This document shows, in pieces, positions 51,955 to 64,000 of a stretch of 64,000 nt of DNA. The first letter of the stretch is position 1, and every line of letters begins with the position of its first letter. The stretch lies in contig OZ024741.1 in NCBI GenBank assembly GCA_964016885.1, forward strand, positions 364,126,001-364,190,000. The letters are read 5' to 3'. The notes beneath the pieces are model-generated. The model had not been told where the DNA came from, did not search any database, and saw only the letters and a list, made by a program, of their open reading frames with translations. The stretch is from Eledone cirrhosa (lineage: Eukaryota). The position numbers and the translations under genes were made by a program.

Positions 51955-53659
51955 CTTTAAAGTATTTGATAAGGCAGTGAATTGGTAGATGTGTTAACGC
52001 TACAGACAAAATACTTTGTAGTATGTATTATGGTTTCTTTTTTTGAGTTCAAACTTCATCAACGGCAATTTTGAATTTCATCCATTCTGGGGTCAAAGGC
52101 AGATATTGTGCCAGCCTTTTGGAGTTTTCTGATTTCGTAAAAGATTGAATTTTAGCTCTAGTATAAACCAGGCATGTGGTTTTGTGATTAGGATGTAGGA
52201 CTTAGGATCATAATGCTGTAGGTTCGATTCCTAGAGTAGCATGTTGTGTCCTTGAGCAAAATACTTCATTTAATATTGCTCCAGTTAACTCATGTTGCTC
52301 CAGTTCACTATTCTGTGTTAAAATCCTGCCATAGCCTACCATGAACACATCATTGTATCATTATCACCATCTGATTTAACATCTTTTCTACTAATCACTT
52401 GCATTGGATGTTTCAGTAGCCTCTTTCAAAGCATCTCTCTAGAATGTTCATTCCAGGGATCGGTTTTGATCCAAGTCCCAGGCTTTCAAATCATCCCTGA
52501 TTACCTCTTCTCAAGTCTTAAGTGAGTGCTCCTTCCCCATCTACCAGGACAGTTTTAGCTGCATGAAATGGAGACTGCAATATATTTTTCAAGCAGGCCC
52601 CTCTACTTAAGGCCCGAACGCATCCCTTGTTAACCCACACAAAAGACAGTGCGGTATGGTTCTTTATCGTTCCTCTCACCATATTGTAGTTTTGGTGGTC
52701 TTATTCACACCAGTCACTGATACTTTCTCAAACCCACAGAGACAAGGCTTTTTTTTTAGGCGGCTTTACTTGCCTCATCTTAGGTATGCCACTGGGTTAT
52801 GAGAGTTTTCTTGGGAACTACAGGTGTCATGCATTGCTCCATCTCCCCTAATAGTTTACCACTGTTGATTTGGAGTTGCTAATTTGTCCGGCAGCTGCCT
52901 GCTTATATTGCAACTAACCATCGTATCTGGTGGCTGTATCGCTATCCACCACCTAAGTCCCGTTCTCTAATAGAACAGCTCTGCCGAGGAACAACCTGCT
53001 CAGGAAGTTTATGTGTATGTGGCTGAGCATTTCACAGACACCTGTGTCCCTAACGTAATTTTTGTGGGAGACTCTGCATGACACATTGTGACAAGGCTGG
53101 CCTTTGAATTACAGGTACAATTATCCAGACGAGTTCCTAAACAGTTTTCATCTTCCCAATTTCACTCATAAAGTTTGTATAGACCCAAAGCTATGCAAAT
53201 GTCACTTGCCTAAGATTCCATGCCGTGGAATCGAATTCGAGACTTAACGATCATGAAGGAAATTCCTTTATCATTAGTTCGTGTTGTGTTCAACTCAAAG
53301 GTAAACAAATCTCAGTCTAATAGTGCAAGGGAAATAACTCTGAAAAAGATTACTTCGATTCAGGGGGAATAACTTAGTATTATTTATATATTTTTTGCTT
53401 TAACACCCCCTCCCCCCCGAAACCACTATGTGCCAGGTCCCCGTAGTGTCGTTTTTCTTCAGACAAAGTGAGACAAGAACATTATGTCTGAACAAGGAGC
53501 CCCGCTAGAAGAAATATCTGATACTGCACGTATCACTGTCTATTCACTATCTTGTTTGCGGGGCGCAGCCAAGATATGCCGACCAACGAAGTGTGTAAAG
53601 TTTGACTCATCCCCCTTTCTTCCTCTTTCATTTTCTCTTTCTTTTTCTCATTATGATTA

Positions 53660-53826
53660 GAGGGTCGGACGCCATGCTTTGACGCATAGAGTTACGGCCT
53701 TTGCCATTCTGAGTTCAAATCCCGCCGAGATTATCTTAGCCTTTCATCCTTACGGGGTCGATAAAATAAAGTACCAGTAATGCACTGGATAATTGCTGGC
53801 CTTGTGCCAAACGTAGAAACAATTAT
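53660..53826 (+). mobile_element. tRNA-derived SINE, 5' truncated
   Basis: B box, core and tail nearly identical to the neighbouring copy. Confidence 0.85.
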
Positions 53827-54033
53827 GATATAATATAAAATTCGGACTGCATATCACTAATTTATAAGTAAAATAAAATGGTGACATTATGTGGGTTCTT
53901 AACTTTCTGGTAAGCATTACTTCTATGATAAAAGTGAAATTTCTATAACCGAATTGTAGATTAAGCTCAATGTGAGCCCAATTCTTGAACCTGCCAGAAA
54001 TAGCAGTCAAACCTCTCTCAAATCATTCATTAT

Positions 54034-54220
54034 CGGTGGGTTGGCAGTATCGGTGGAGGGTCGGACGCCATGCTTTCCAGCATAGTTACGTCCCTTTACG
54101 ATCTGAGTTCAAATCCCGCCGAGGTTGACTTTGCCTTTCATCCTTACGGGGTCGATAAAATAAAGTACCAGTAATGCACTGGATAATTGCTGGCCTTGTG
54201 CCTAAAGTAGAAACAATTAT
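54034..54220 (+). mobile_element. tRNA-derived SINE (Meta-like core)
   Basis: TGGCAGTATCGG A-box-like motif, GAGTTCAAATCC B box, conserved core and AGTAGAAACAATTAT end. Confidence 0.9.
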
Positions 54221-54486
54221 CTAATAAACGACCGTGGAGAAGGGAATGGCATATGGACTATTGTAGACTGAGATTAAATATGCTGGAATTTACAGAATGT
54301 CCATGGCTAGAAAGCTTTTGGTTATATGTCCACTCCGGGTTAACTTGGAGCTAAACAACAACATAAAAAAAAGCCATTATATGATCGTTCAATTTGTTAC
54401 AAATAGCAGCCAAATCTCTTTAAATTGCATCCCACCTTCTAAAATAAAGTAAAGACAAATTGAATAGTGTAACGGACGGTAAACAG

Positions 54487-54523
<37 letters not shown>

Positions 54524-54555
54524 ATATATATATATAGATAGATAGATAGATAGAT

Positions 54556-55590
54556 ATGTTTCTTTATTAGCCACAGGGGCACAAAAGAAGGGGACAAATA
54601 CAAAGGGGGAAGTTTACATACAATAAAAACGTGTAAAATGTTATCACATGGAATTTAAAAGTTAGTCGATTTTCCCCAATAGAGGGAGACAGTTTATATG
54701 GGTAACACATACCCCCGAAAAAAATGTGCAACCCTCATCTCCAGGAGTACGAAGAGCTTGTACTCCTTTCCTCTCCTCCTCCTTTTCCTCAATCTACAGG
54801 CTGATATAGAGAGAAGGCCCATTCACTCGGGCCATTCTCGCCACTTTCACCCACCTTTCATAAAACTTGCTGGGGTACAGCACCTCTCTCTCCATCCTGA
54901 TTCTTTTTCCAAAGTGGTATTTGAAAAAAAGAATCAGTTGTTGGCCGGAGAGAAAGGTGTCTGACCTCAGCCCTTTCAACCTTGTCCACCATACAACCTC
55001 TTTCGCCATAGCTATCACACAAAGGAAAACCGCCTCTCCTTCGTTTTTGAAGGAGGGTGGCGGTTTGATCATGACAATGGACTCGGTGGTCAACTGGATT
55101 GGTCCCACCCGCGACAATAGTCGTTCTACATATCCCCACAGGTCAGTGACGCCCGGGCAGTGTATGAATGCGTGCGCGACGGTTTCTTCGTCTCGCACGC
55201 ACCTCGGACAGATCTTTTTTGTCTGTAGAGCTTGTCTCGAACTGGTAGAGCTCCTCGGTAGCACTGCCAGGCCAGGGACTTTTGGAAGTTGTCCATCGGT
55301 CCCGGGCGGAAGGTCCTACCGAACAGACTGGCCAGTTCATCTTCCTCCACGCCTAGAGTTTCACCGAGCGCGTCGTCGCACTTGCTGCGGACCAACCCTC
55401 TATAGAATGACGAAGTGGAGTCTCCACTGATCGCCAGGTCCGCCTGCCAGAGGGCTGTGAGCGCCTGAGCACATTCGATGTGCCAGTCGCCCATTTTCCT
55501 CGGTCTCTGCTTGACCCAGGACTGCAGCTCGGTCAGTGAGACGAGTCGTGGGAAGGCTCGCCTCACGAACGGGGCCCACACCGGTTGTCC
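54556..55590 (-). mobile_element. L1-Tx1 LINE 3' fragment, flanked on both sides by (GATA)n
   Basis: ORFs 55126-55581 and 54794-55264 are homologous to 8389-9359 (DNFQKSLAWQCY, CPRCVRDEETVAH, KEVVWWTRLKGL); CpG-rich, so probably younger. Confidence 0.93.
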
Positions 55591-56544
55591 ATAGATAGAT
55601 AGATAGATAGACAGAAAGAAAAAAAAGGATGGTTACAGCTAAAACACCTTTGATTATATTTCTGCTCTATTAGAGATGACGTGTGGCTAAGCAACAACAC
55701 CAGCAGCAATATGAGACCTTACATTACAATCTATTCAATCAAAAATCTACAAAACCTCAATTCAAAATCTATGGATATTTGAAAATATTGTTTATAAAAT
55801 GGAGGTGCAACTTATACATGACTATATACTGTAATTGTTTCACTTTCTGAATATTTTAAATGTTATTTCAGTCTCAATTTATTTACGATGAAAATGTAAT
55901 TACAAATGCAAAGAAAATATATTTATATACTTCAAATGCACATAAAATATATTTACATACATACTATCAATATTTAACGTCTATTTTCCATGCTTGCATA
56001 GGTCAGATGGGTTGTCACCTTATGAGACAAGTCAGGTTAGGTGACCATGTTTTGCTCATTCAGATTTGTATTTTGGCATGGTATCTATGGCTGGATGGCT
56101 TTCCTAATGCCAACCACATTACAATGTGGAGAGGGTGCTTTTTGTCATGTCACCAGCACAACCACCACAATCGATTGACTGGGTGCATTGGCATGTCACA
56201 GCATGAGCACCTTACAGGGTGGACTGGTTGCTTTTTTCTAATGTCACCCACACAATTACCTTACAGCATGGGCTGCATGGTTTTTTTCCTGTGTTACCAG
56301 TGCAATCACCTTATAGGATGGACTGAGTGCCCTTTTATTGTAATGCTACTAACAAAGTTCCTACAACTTCATTAGAATTTAAGGTATCAGTGACAAAAAA
56401 GTAAGTGAGGCATGACAGTGTCCCTACAACTACATTACTAGTTAGGGGACCAGTGACAATAATAGTGAAACATGACAATGACCCTATAACTTCATTAGAA
56501 TGTAAGGCATCAGTGAAAACAACAGTGAGACATGACAATGTCCC

Positions 56545-56945
56545 TCAACAAATTATTAATCATCTTGCCAACAACAACCCTGAGCTTCTTTTTGAATTCC
56601 ATGTGTCTAATACCCGTCAGCATGCCTACAAAGTCAGAAAACAGCACAGCTCTCATGACTTTCAGAAACATTTTTTCACACTCAGAGTTGCTGAAGCATG
56701 GAACAAACTACCTGCATCGGTTGTTAGCTATCGGGACACTGCATCCTTCAAGACCTCCATGCTTCCTGAAATTCGCCAACACTACACCTGATATTCTGCC
56801 TCCATACACACGCACGCATGTATCTGTGTGTATATCATGACTCATACACTGTTCACTTTCCTGACATTTGTACATTATTCTATGTACTAGACATGCACCT
56901 TTGATGAGTTGTAGTGCACCTGAGCACTTTACACAATAATTCTCA
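56545..56945 (+). mobile_element. CR1-group LINE 3' fragment
   Basis: NTRQHAYKVRK...KHFFTLRVAEAWNKLPASVV...SFK is the CR1 ORF2 C-terminus. Confidence 0.85.
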
Positions 56946-57367
56946 TTACTAGTTAAGGGATGAGTGACAATAACAGTGAGAAAAGAAGCATTTAAATATT
57001 CTGAATCACTTGCGTTGAAAATAATATCCCAAAGACTGTTTTAAAAGAAAAATAGTGATAATTTAAAAAGTTAGAGGTTTTTAAAAACTCCATGCTAAAA
57101 CAAATAAGTGTCCAATATGCTGTGTAGATCCGGCATCCACTTCATTAACTTCATGTTACAATACTTATATGTGACTGGTTCAACCCTTTTGATATTGAAC
57201 CACTTGAAATGGCCCCTGGGTTTAAAGTGTTTATCATCAGTAGCAGCAACAGCAGCATCACTGTTTAATGTCTATTTTCCATGCTTGCATTGGTTAGATG
57301 ACTCTCGCATGCTGAGGCCTGACTTGTCAGGTGACTAGGTTCTGCTCATACGCTTTGTTTTGGTTTG

Positions 57368-57550
57368 CTTTCTATGGCTGGATGCCCTTCCTAATGCCAA
57401 CCAATTTACAGCATGTACTGGGAGCATGGCTTCTATGGCTGGATGCTCTTCCTATCACCAACCAATTTACTGCATGCACCAGAAGCATGGTTTCTATGGC
57501 TGGATGTCCTTCCTAACACCAACCAATTTACAGCATGTACTGGGAGCATT
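57368..57550. repeat. Three tandem 61 bp copies of the RTE 3' UTR module
   Basis: TTCTATGGCTGGATGCCCTTCCTAATGCCAACCAATTTACAGCATGTACTGGGAGCATGG repeated three times. Confidence 0.85.
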
Positions 57551-59569
57551 TTTTCCATGACTTCGGCACTATCATCTTACAGGGTGGATTGGGAGCATTT
57601 ATAATGGTATCACCACTATTCTATTCAGCACTAGGGTGCTTAATGTTCATGGTCACGCTGGGGTGTGTGTGACACTAGGGTTCATCATTTCATTGTTGGA
57701 GTGGGTTGTCATTGTGGTGTGTTTATATTTATCATAATTTTATGTAAAAACTTTTGTTATATAATGTTCCATGCATACATGGTCCCATAACTCCTGAGGG
57801 AGTTGTAGAGTTTCTGTATTGACTTATCGTGTTTCTAGGACATTTCAAAACCTGGTGGAGCCCAATCCTCTCCAGGTCTGAATACAGCTGATTTCTTTCA
57901 GAGAAGGATAGAGAGAGAGTGACAGAATGGAAGTGAGAAAGAGAGATATAGGGAGAATCAGGCCCCAGTACTTGACTTGTACTTTTTTTAATGACCTAGA
58001 ATGGATGAAAGGCAAAATTGACATCGTCAGGATTTGAACTCAAAGAGCAGAAAGCCAAAATGAATACCACAAAACATTCTATCTGATGTTCTAACATTTC
58101 TGCCAATTCACCACCTCAAATAATCTTCCATACACCAACTAAATGAAAAGTTAGTTATATATCACTAAATCTCTCTAAATTATTTATTATTCTTCATTAT
58201 TTTCAAAATTATTTGAAAATAATAGGCAGTGTCATTTATTAGAAATATAGTAACAAAAGAGTTAAATTACTTCATCGTAAATCTTACCTTGTCTTTTGTT
58301 TTGACTAAACTCTTTAACCATATATCATATCCTGAACTCATTTTACTTGATACTATTTCAACAACAGGCAGTAAATTGGCAAAATTGCCAGAACACTGGA
58401 GAGAAATGTATTGTGGTATTTGAGTTCAAATCCTGCTGAAGTCAATTTTGCCTTTCATCCTTTTGAAGTTGATAAATATAGTACCAATCTAGTGCTGGGA
58501 TCAATATTTTTTCCTATTTTGCTTTCTCACTTCCTCTCTCTGTTTCTCTTGAATAAATCAGCTATGTTCAAACCTGGAAAGAAATGGCCTCCAACAGGTT
58601 TTAAATGTCCAAGACATGTTGTATATCACCAGGGCATCTCGACAACTCAGTGGTTAAGGGTTCAAGCATGCATATATTTCAACAACAGGTAACTGGCAGG
58701 ATCTGTAGAGTGTAGACCAAAATGCTTTAATGTTCTTAGTTTAAATCCTATTGAGTTCCATTTGGTTTTTCATGCTACTAAAATAAATAAAAATAATCAT
58801 TAGTTGATACCGAGGAACATCTATTTATAGTTGTTTGATCTGTTGATGGCAGCAGCCAAATCTCACTCTATTATCTTAAAAAAGGTCATATTGAACAATG
58901 CGTTTCTACTTAGAGCATTTGACTTGTGTCTAAACAACAACAATGGTGGCAGCGGTAGCAATGCAACAACAACAACAACAATAGCAGTAGCAGGTTCTTC
59001 TAAATACCTAAAAAGGCAGGGTGGTTATGGCTGGAATGCCTTTCATCATAGGTCTGCTTGATCAGGGCTGACCTGAGGCTAAACAATAACAGCTACAATA
59101 ATTGTAGTTGTTATTGTATATATATATATATAATTATATATATATATGTATATATATATTGTGTTAGAAGTTAAGGCGACACAAACAAGAGATGGACAGT
59201 TTGTCTTAGTGAGCTGTTTACTATGGGTCACAGATGTTTTGGTGCATTATAAGCAATATATCTATCCATAGTGCACCCATAGCCTTTTATCTATCAAAAA
59301 GCCATGAGGGAAAGAAGTGATAGCGAAGAGAAAGAAAGAAAATAAGAGAGAAGAAAAAAAGGAAGAAAAAAGGAAAAAAGAAGTAAAGATACCGATAGAA
59401 GGGGGAACACAGAACGAGGGCACATTTGTGTCACCTTACCTTCTAACACTCGTTAGAAGGTAAGGTGAATGGTTTTCAAAATGCTTTAAAATAAACATAC
59501 AGTATATTGTTAGATATACTATACGTACATTCATATATACATCGCTAGGTCAGAGCCTCAATACTAATA

Positions 59570-59911
59570 TCATCATCATCATCATCATCATTTTACGTCC
59601 GCTTTTCCATGCTCAAGGGTGGGACGGGAACTGATTGTGGCTTGGTTTCTACAGCTGGATGCCCTTCCTAACACCAACCTCATTTACAGTGAGTGCTGGG
59701 TGCTTTTTTGCCGTGGCACCTCCACGACCACTTTACAGTGGAATGATAGGGACCCCAGTCCCTATCATCTCATTTTTACAGCTGAGTAAACTGGAGCAAA
59801 GTGAAATAAAGTGTCTTGCTCAAGGAAACAACACATCATCCGGTCTGAGAATTTTACACACAACCTTTTGATTGCAAGCCCAATGCTCTAACCACTAAGC
59901 CATGTGCCTCC
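59570..59911 (-). mobile_element. Deu/Nin-like SINE with RTE tail (copy of 45492-45829)
   Basis: Reverse complement match across head, core and tail. Confidence 0.85.
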
Positions 59912-60197
59912 ATATATATATATATATATATTATAATTCTGAATTGCATAAACATTCCAAATGTTGAAAAGCATGAAATGATTAAAACAAGTTGTAAAAG
60001 AGTTTATAACAATAAACAATTGAGAAAGTTTTGTTTAAATATGGAATGCAATGGCATTCTTTATATTCTTGGGTATCTCTCTCTCTCTCTTTCTCTCTCT
60101 CACTCTCTCTCTCTCCCTCTCTCTCTCTCACTCTACCACCTCTCTCTCTCTCTATATATATATATATAAATATATATATATGCATATATATATATAT

Positions 60198-61238
60198 ATC
60201 ATCATCATCATCGTTTAACGTCCATGTTCCACGCTTGCATGGGTTTGGACGGGAGTTTTCCCACTTGAGGCAAGAGTGGTTGTCTTGCTCGCATTGGCGG
60301 GTTTTCTACAGCTGGATGCCCTTCCTAACACCAACCACATTTACAGTGTGGGGCTGGGAGGTTTTTACCGTGTTACCTACACGGCCACATTACAGCGTGG
60401 ACTGAGTGTTTTTTTGTCGTGACACTTACACGATCTCATTTGTTTCGGCCTGGATGTTGTGGCACCAGCATAACTTTACATTGAAAGGGGCGGTGTGGAT
60501 GGGGTGGGGGTGGTGGGACGGGGGGTGTATTTTGTTAGAGATGCCTACTGACTGTAGTAGGTTTTACTTTGTATTTAGGTAAGGCAGGTCTTCTCTATTA
60601 CTGAGTACCGCCAAAGATCTCGGTCCAGTGACATTGTCTTGGAGAGGTCTAAGTGTGTGAGGTCGGAATTTATCAGGTCGTCCCAGGTTTTTCTGGGTCT
60701 GCCTACTCCGTGGCTACCGTCTATCTTTATTGCCCTGCACTTTTTTATACAGCTGTCGTCTTTCATGCGCATCACGTGACCATACCAACGTAGCCTTCTC
60801 TCGAGTAAACAACATCTGATCCCTCTTATTTCCAATTTTTCCCTTAGTTCGTTTATGCTTTGCCGTTCACGTATATTACTATTACACATCCAGCGGAGCA
60901 TGCAAGCTTCGTTCCTCTCTAGTCTGCGTATATCCTCTGCACACAATGCCCAGGTCTCACTGCCATGCAACATTGCTGTTCGTGTGCAGGCATCATACAA
61001 CCTGCCTTTCATTTTTAGGGAGAACCCTTTAGCGGCTAATAGTGGTATAAGCTCTCTGAACTTTTTCCATCCAGTTCTGACTCTAGCTACTGTACTTTCA
61101 GAGCACCCTCCCCCACTGTTGATTTTGTCACCCAGGTAACGGAAGCTGTCCACTATTTCTATAGAACCCTCTGTGCAATTGAAAGAGCTAGTATTTTGTG
61201 GGCACTTGCTGCTACTTATTGCACCAGAGCACTGGCCA
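60198..61238 (-). mobile_element. RTE LINE 3' fragment between TA microsatellites
   Basis: ORF 60575-61153: DSFRYLGD, RTAMLHGSETW, RRLRWYGHVMRM, GRPRKTW; 3' UTR and ATG tail. Confidence 0.95.
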
Positions 61239-61303
61239 CATATATATATATATGCATATATATATGGATATATATATGCATATATATATATTTATATATA
61301 TAT

Positions 61304-61597
61304 ATAGGAAAATGTTTAACCCCGATGGCAGAGCTCAAGCCGTTTCGATGGCTATTTCTGGACTAAATTAGAATTTTTAGCGTGGTAATAAATAGCCGAA
61401 CTTTTCAAGGGGTAATTCCTTATATGGGAAGATTGTAGTTGTCAAAAGGATTGGTTTGACAACTACAATCTTCCCATATAAGGAATTACCCCTTGAAAAG
61501 TTCGGCTATTTATTACCACGCTAAAAATTCTAATTTAGTCCAGAAATAGCCGTCAAAACGGCTTGAGCTCTGCTGTCGGGGTTAAACATTTTCCTAT
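61304..61597. repeat. 143 bp-arm palindrome containing hammerhead-like motifs
   Basis: Arms 61304-61446 and 61455-61597, 8 bp loop, four mismatches seen. Confidence 0.95.
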
Positions 61598-62264
61598 TAC
61601 CCACTCTACTACCCTAAGTATTGAGTACTCTGGTGCATTATGGTCTATCTGGTCCCTTACTACACCTCCTTCGTTATATATATATATATATATAAACATG
61701 GGCGGAGCTGGTGAGAGCAGACCTCAGATCGCTGATGACAAAGGACCGTGACAAGCCGACGTAAAATGATGATGATGATGATGATGATAATGATGATATA
61801 TGCATATATATATATACGTATATATCAACATCATCATTGTCATTTAACGTCCATTTTCTAAGCTATCATATACATATATATATATATATAAATACACATA
61901 CATGATTTTTTCATGCTTATTATGTAATTGTATAGAAAGAAAAGTATGAAAAGGCCAACCTATTGTGGATACAGACATGGTTGTGTGGTTAAGAAATTTG
62001 CAGGCAACCACATGGAAGCTTATCTCGCACACACACACATATGAGTGTATGTGGTTGGGGTTCAGTACACTATGTGGCAACTTGCATGGGCTAGGACCAA
62101 CCAATGCCTTGTGAATGAATTTGGTAGATACAAACTCTAAGGAAGCCTGTTGTATGTATGTATGTATGTATTTCTTAACCAAACAACCGTGGTAGTATCC
62201 AGAATAGGTTGGTATTTTCATACCTTTCTTTCTATACTGTTACATAATCAGTGTGAAAAAAATC

Positions 62265-62376
<112 letters not shown>

Positions 62377-62387
62377 AGAGAGAGAGG

Positions 62388-62828
62388 GATACCCAAGAAT
62401 ATGTCAGGTCGCCCTTTAGCGCTACTGGTAACATGTAACTCAGTACAACCTGTGCAAGTTCGGGTCGTCAATGAGTAAACCGGCAACCCCACCAAGCTTG
62501 CTTGGTGAGGAGGGTGATTTTGGACACCCATCAAATACCCATCAAAGGGTGGGGAACTCAAGAGAGTCTAGGGCCATCCAATGGTATAGACCAATTCTTC
62601 TTTTTGGGCAAATGCATTCAATGTTCAGAGAGTAGGATTGGCCCCATGCAAAGCCTTTCCTCACTTGAAAAAGCTTGAAGCACAGGCATCGCTTTATATG
62701 TGACATTTTGTGCGATGCATGGTATTGTGGTCATAGGCAAGTCCCTAGCAGTACTATAAAGCCCCATCCGTGATGCTCATGCTTAAGTATCAAGTGATAG
62801 CATTACTCGAAATCGAGTTGCAGCCATC

Positions 62829-62830
<2 letters not shown>
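62388..62830 (+). mobile_element. Probable non-autonomous RTE-derived retroelement
   Basis: Non-coding; ends CTCGAAATCGAGTTGCAGCCATCAT, like the adjacent RTE 3' end; bounded by microsatellites. Confidence 0.5.
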
Positions 62831-62859
<29 letters not shown>

Positions 62860-63060
62860 GAGATCTCTCTGCACTTTTCGTCACATGGTACCATGGGCCC
62901 AGCACTGTGTCAATAATTGTCACAAGTGTAGTGTTTGTACCAGAGTTTTCAAGTCGCTGGCTGGACTAAAAAGTCAAACTCGTTCAGCGCATCGGTAGGA
63001 GTTCTCCTACATGGATATAAAGTGGTGGCCGTAATCGAAAACGAGTTGGCAGCCACCATA
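62860..63060 (+). mobile_element. RTE (BovB-like) 3' end with terminal Zn finger
   Basis: HKCSVCTRVFKSLAGLKSQTRSAHR* (62921-62998), then a short 3' UTR ending TCGAAAACGAGTTGGCAGCCACCAT. Confidence 0.7.
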
Positions 63061-63078
63061 TATATATATGTATGTGTG

Positions 63079-63110
<32 letters not shown>

Positions 63111-63166
63111 TGTATATATATGTATGTATATATATATGTATGTATACATATGTCTGTGTATGTGTG

Positions 63167-64000
63167 TCATCATCATCATCATCATCACCGTTTTACGTCC
63201 GTTCTTCCACGCTAGCATGGGTTAGACGGGTTGTCCTGTTGTGGGCAGTGTCTGGTCGGCTGACCATGCCTTCCTCATACAGGAACTGATTTGGCTTTAT
63301 TTCTACAGCTGGATGCCCTTCCTAACACCAACCTCATTTACAGTGAGTGCTGGGTGCTTTTTCGTGGCGCCTACACGTCCACTTTACAGTGTGGGCTGGG
63401 TGCTTTTTTGCTGTGGCACCTCCACGACCACTTTCCAGTGGGAGGGTGTGGGGGCATATTGTCTATATACTTCAGCTTGTACCCATGGGAGGTCGGGTAC
63501 TCTGTATTACTGCATGACGCCAGAAGTCACGGTCGTGTGTCATTGCCTTTGAGAGGTGTAATTGGGTAAGGTCGGCTTTTATCATCTTGGGTCTCCTCAC
63601 TCCGCGGTTTCCATCAACTTCTAGTGCTCTGCACCTTTTTATGCAGCTGTCATCCTTCATACGCATCACATGTCCATACCAGTGCAACCGCCTCTCCTGC
63701 ACACAGCATTTGATTCCTCTTATGCTCAGTCTCTCTCTCAATTCATTTATGCTTTGTCGTTAACGTATATTACTGTTACACATCCATCGGAGCATGCAGG
63801 TTTCGTTTCTCTCTAATCTACGTAAGTCTTCCACCTTCAGCGCTCAGGTCTCACTACCATGCAACATTGCTGTTCGGATACACGCATCATACAGTCTGCC
63901 TTTCATTCTGAGGGAGAAGCCTTTTGCAGCTAGCAGTGGTAGTAGTTCCCTAAACTTCTTCCATCCCGTTCTTACCCTAGTTATTGTACTTTCTGAACAC
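63167..64000 (-). mobile_element. RTE LINE 3' portion, continues beyond window end
   Basis: RRLHWYGHVMRMKDDSCIKRC, upstream AMLHGSET; collinear with the 60198-61238 copy. Confidence 0.93.

Noticed and set aside
60063-60077. 15-mer GATACCCAAGAATAT after (GA)n, shared in inverted orientation with 62388
   Set aside because: Similarity does not extend beyond the 15-mer and the microsatellite; insufficient to define an element or inversion.

Overview
AT-rich, microsatellite-dense animal genomic DNA made almost entirely of transposable elements and tandem repeats. The SINE/RTE landscape resembles an octopod cephalopod; that is inferred from repeat families, not proven. No host gene exons were confidently found. 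Main contents: the 5' half of a decayed Ty3/Gypsy element with a ~124 bp LTR (1-2484, minus); a Charlie/Buster hAT relic carrying an internal minisatellite; a decayed near full-length L1-Tx1 LINE plus a second 3' fragment; many RTE LINE fragments; CR1 and CRE-type fragments; tRNA-derived SINEs; and hAT, mariner and TTAA-type MITEs. The only intact long gene is an 883 aa hAT (Tip100/ZMYM1-like) transposase inside a complete 4.4 kb element (28434-32872, perfect TIRs and 8 bp TSD). That element carries a ~600 bp-arm palindrome directly upstream of the ORF. Other notable signals: type I hammerhead ribozyme motifs (one with a canonical core at ~46.0 kb, a U3-A8 variant pair inside a palindrome at ~61.4 kb), a SINE-mediated 727 bp tandem triplication, and repeated local fold-back inversions. 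Coordinates were read by eye and may be off by a few bases.
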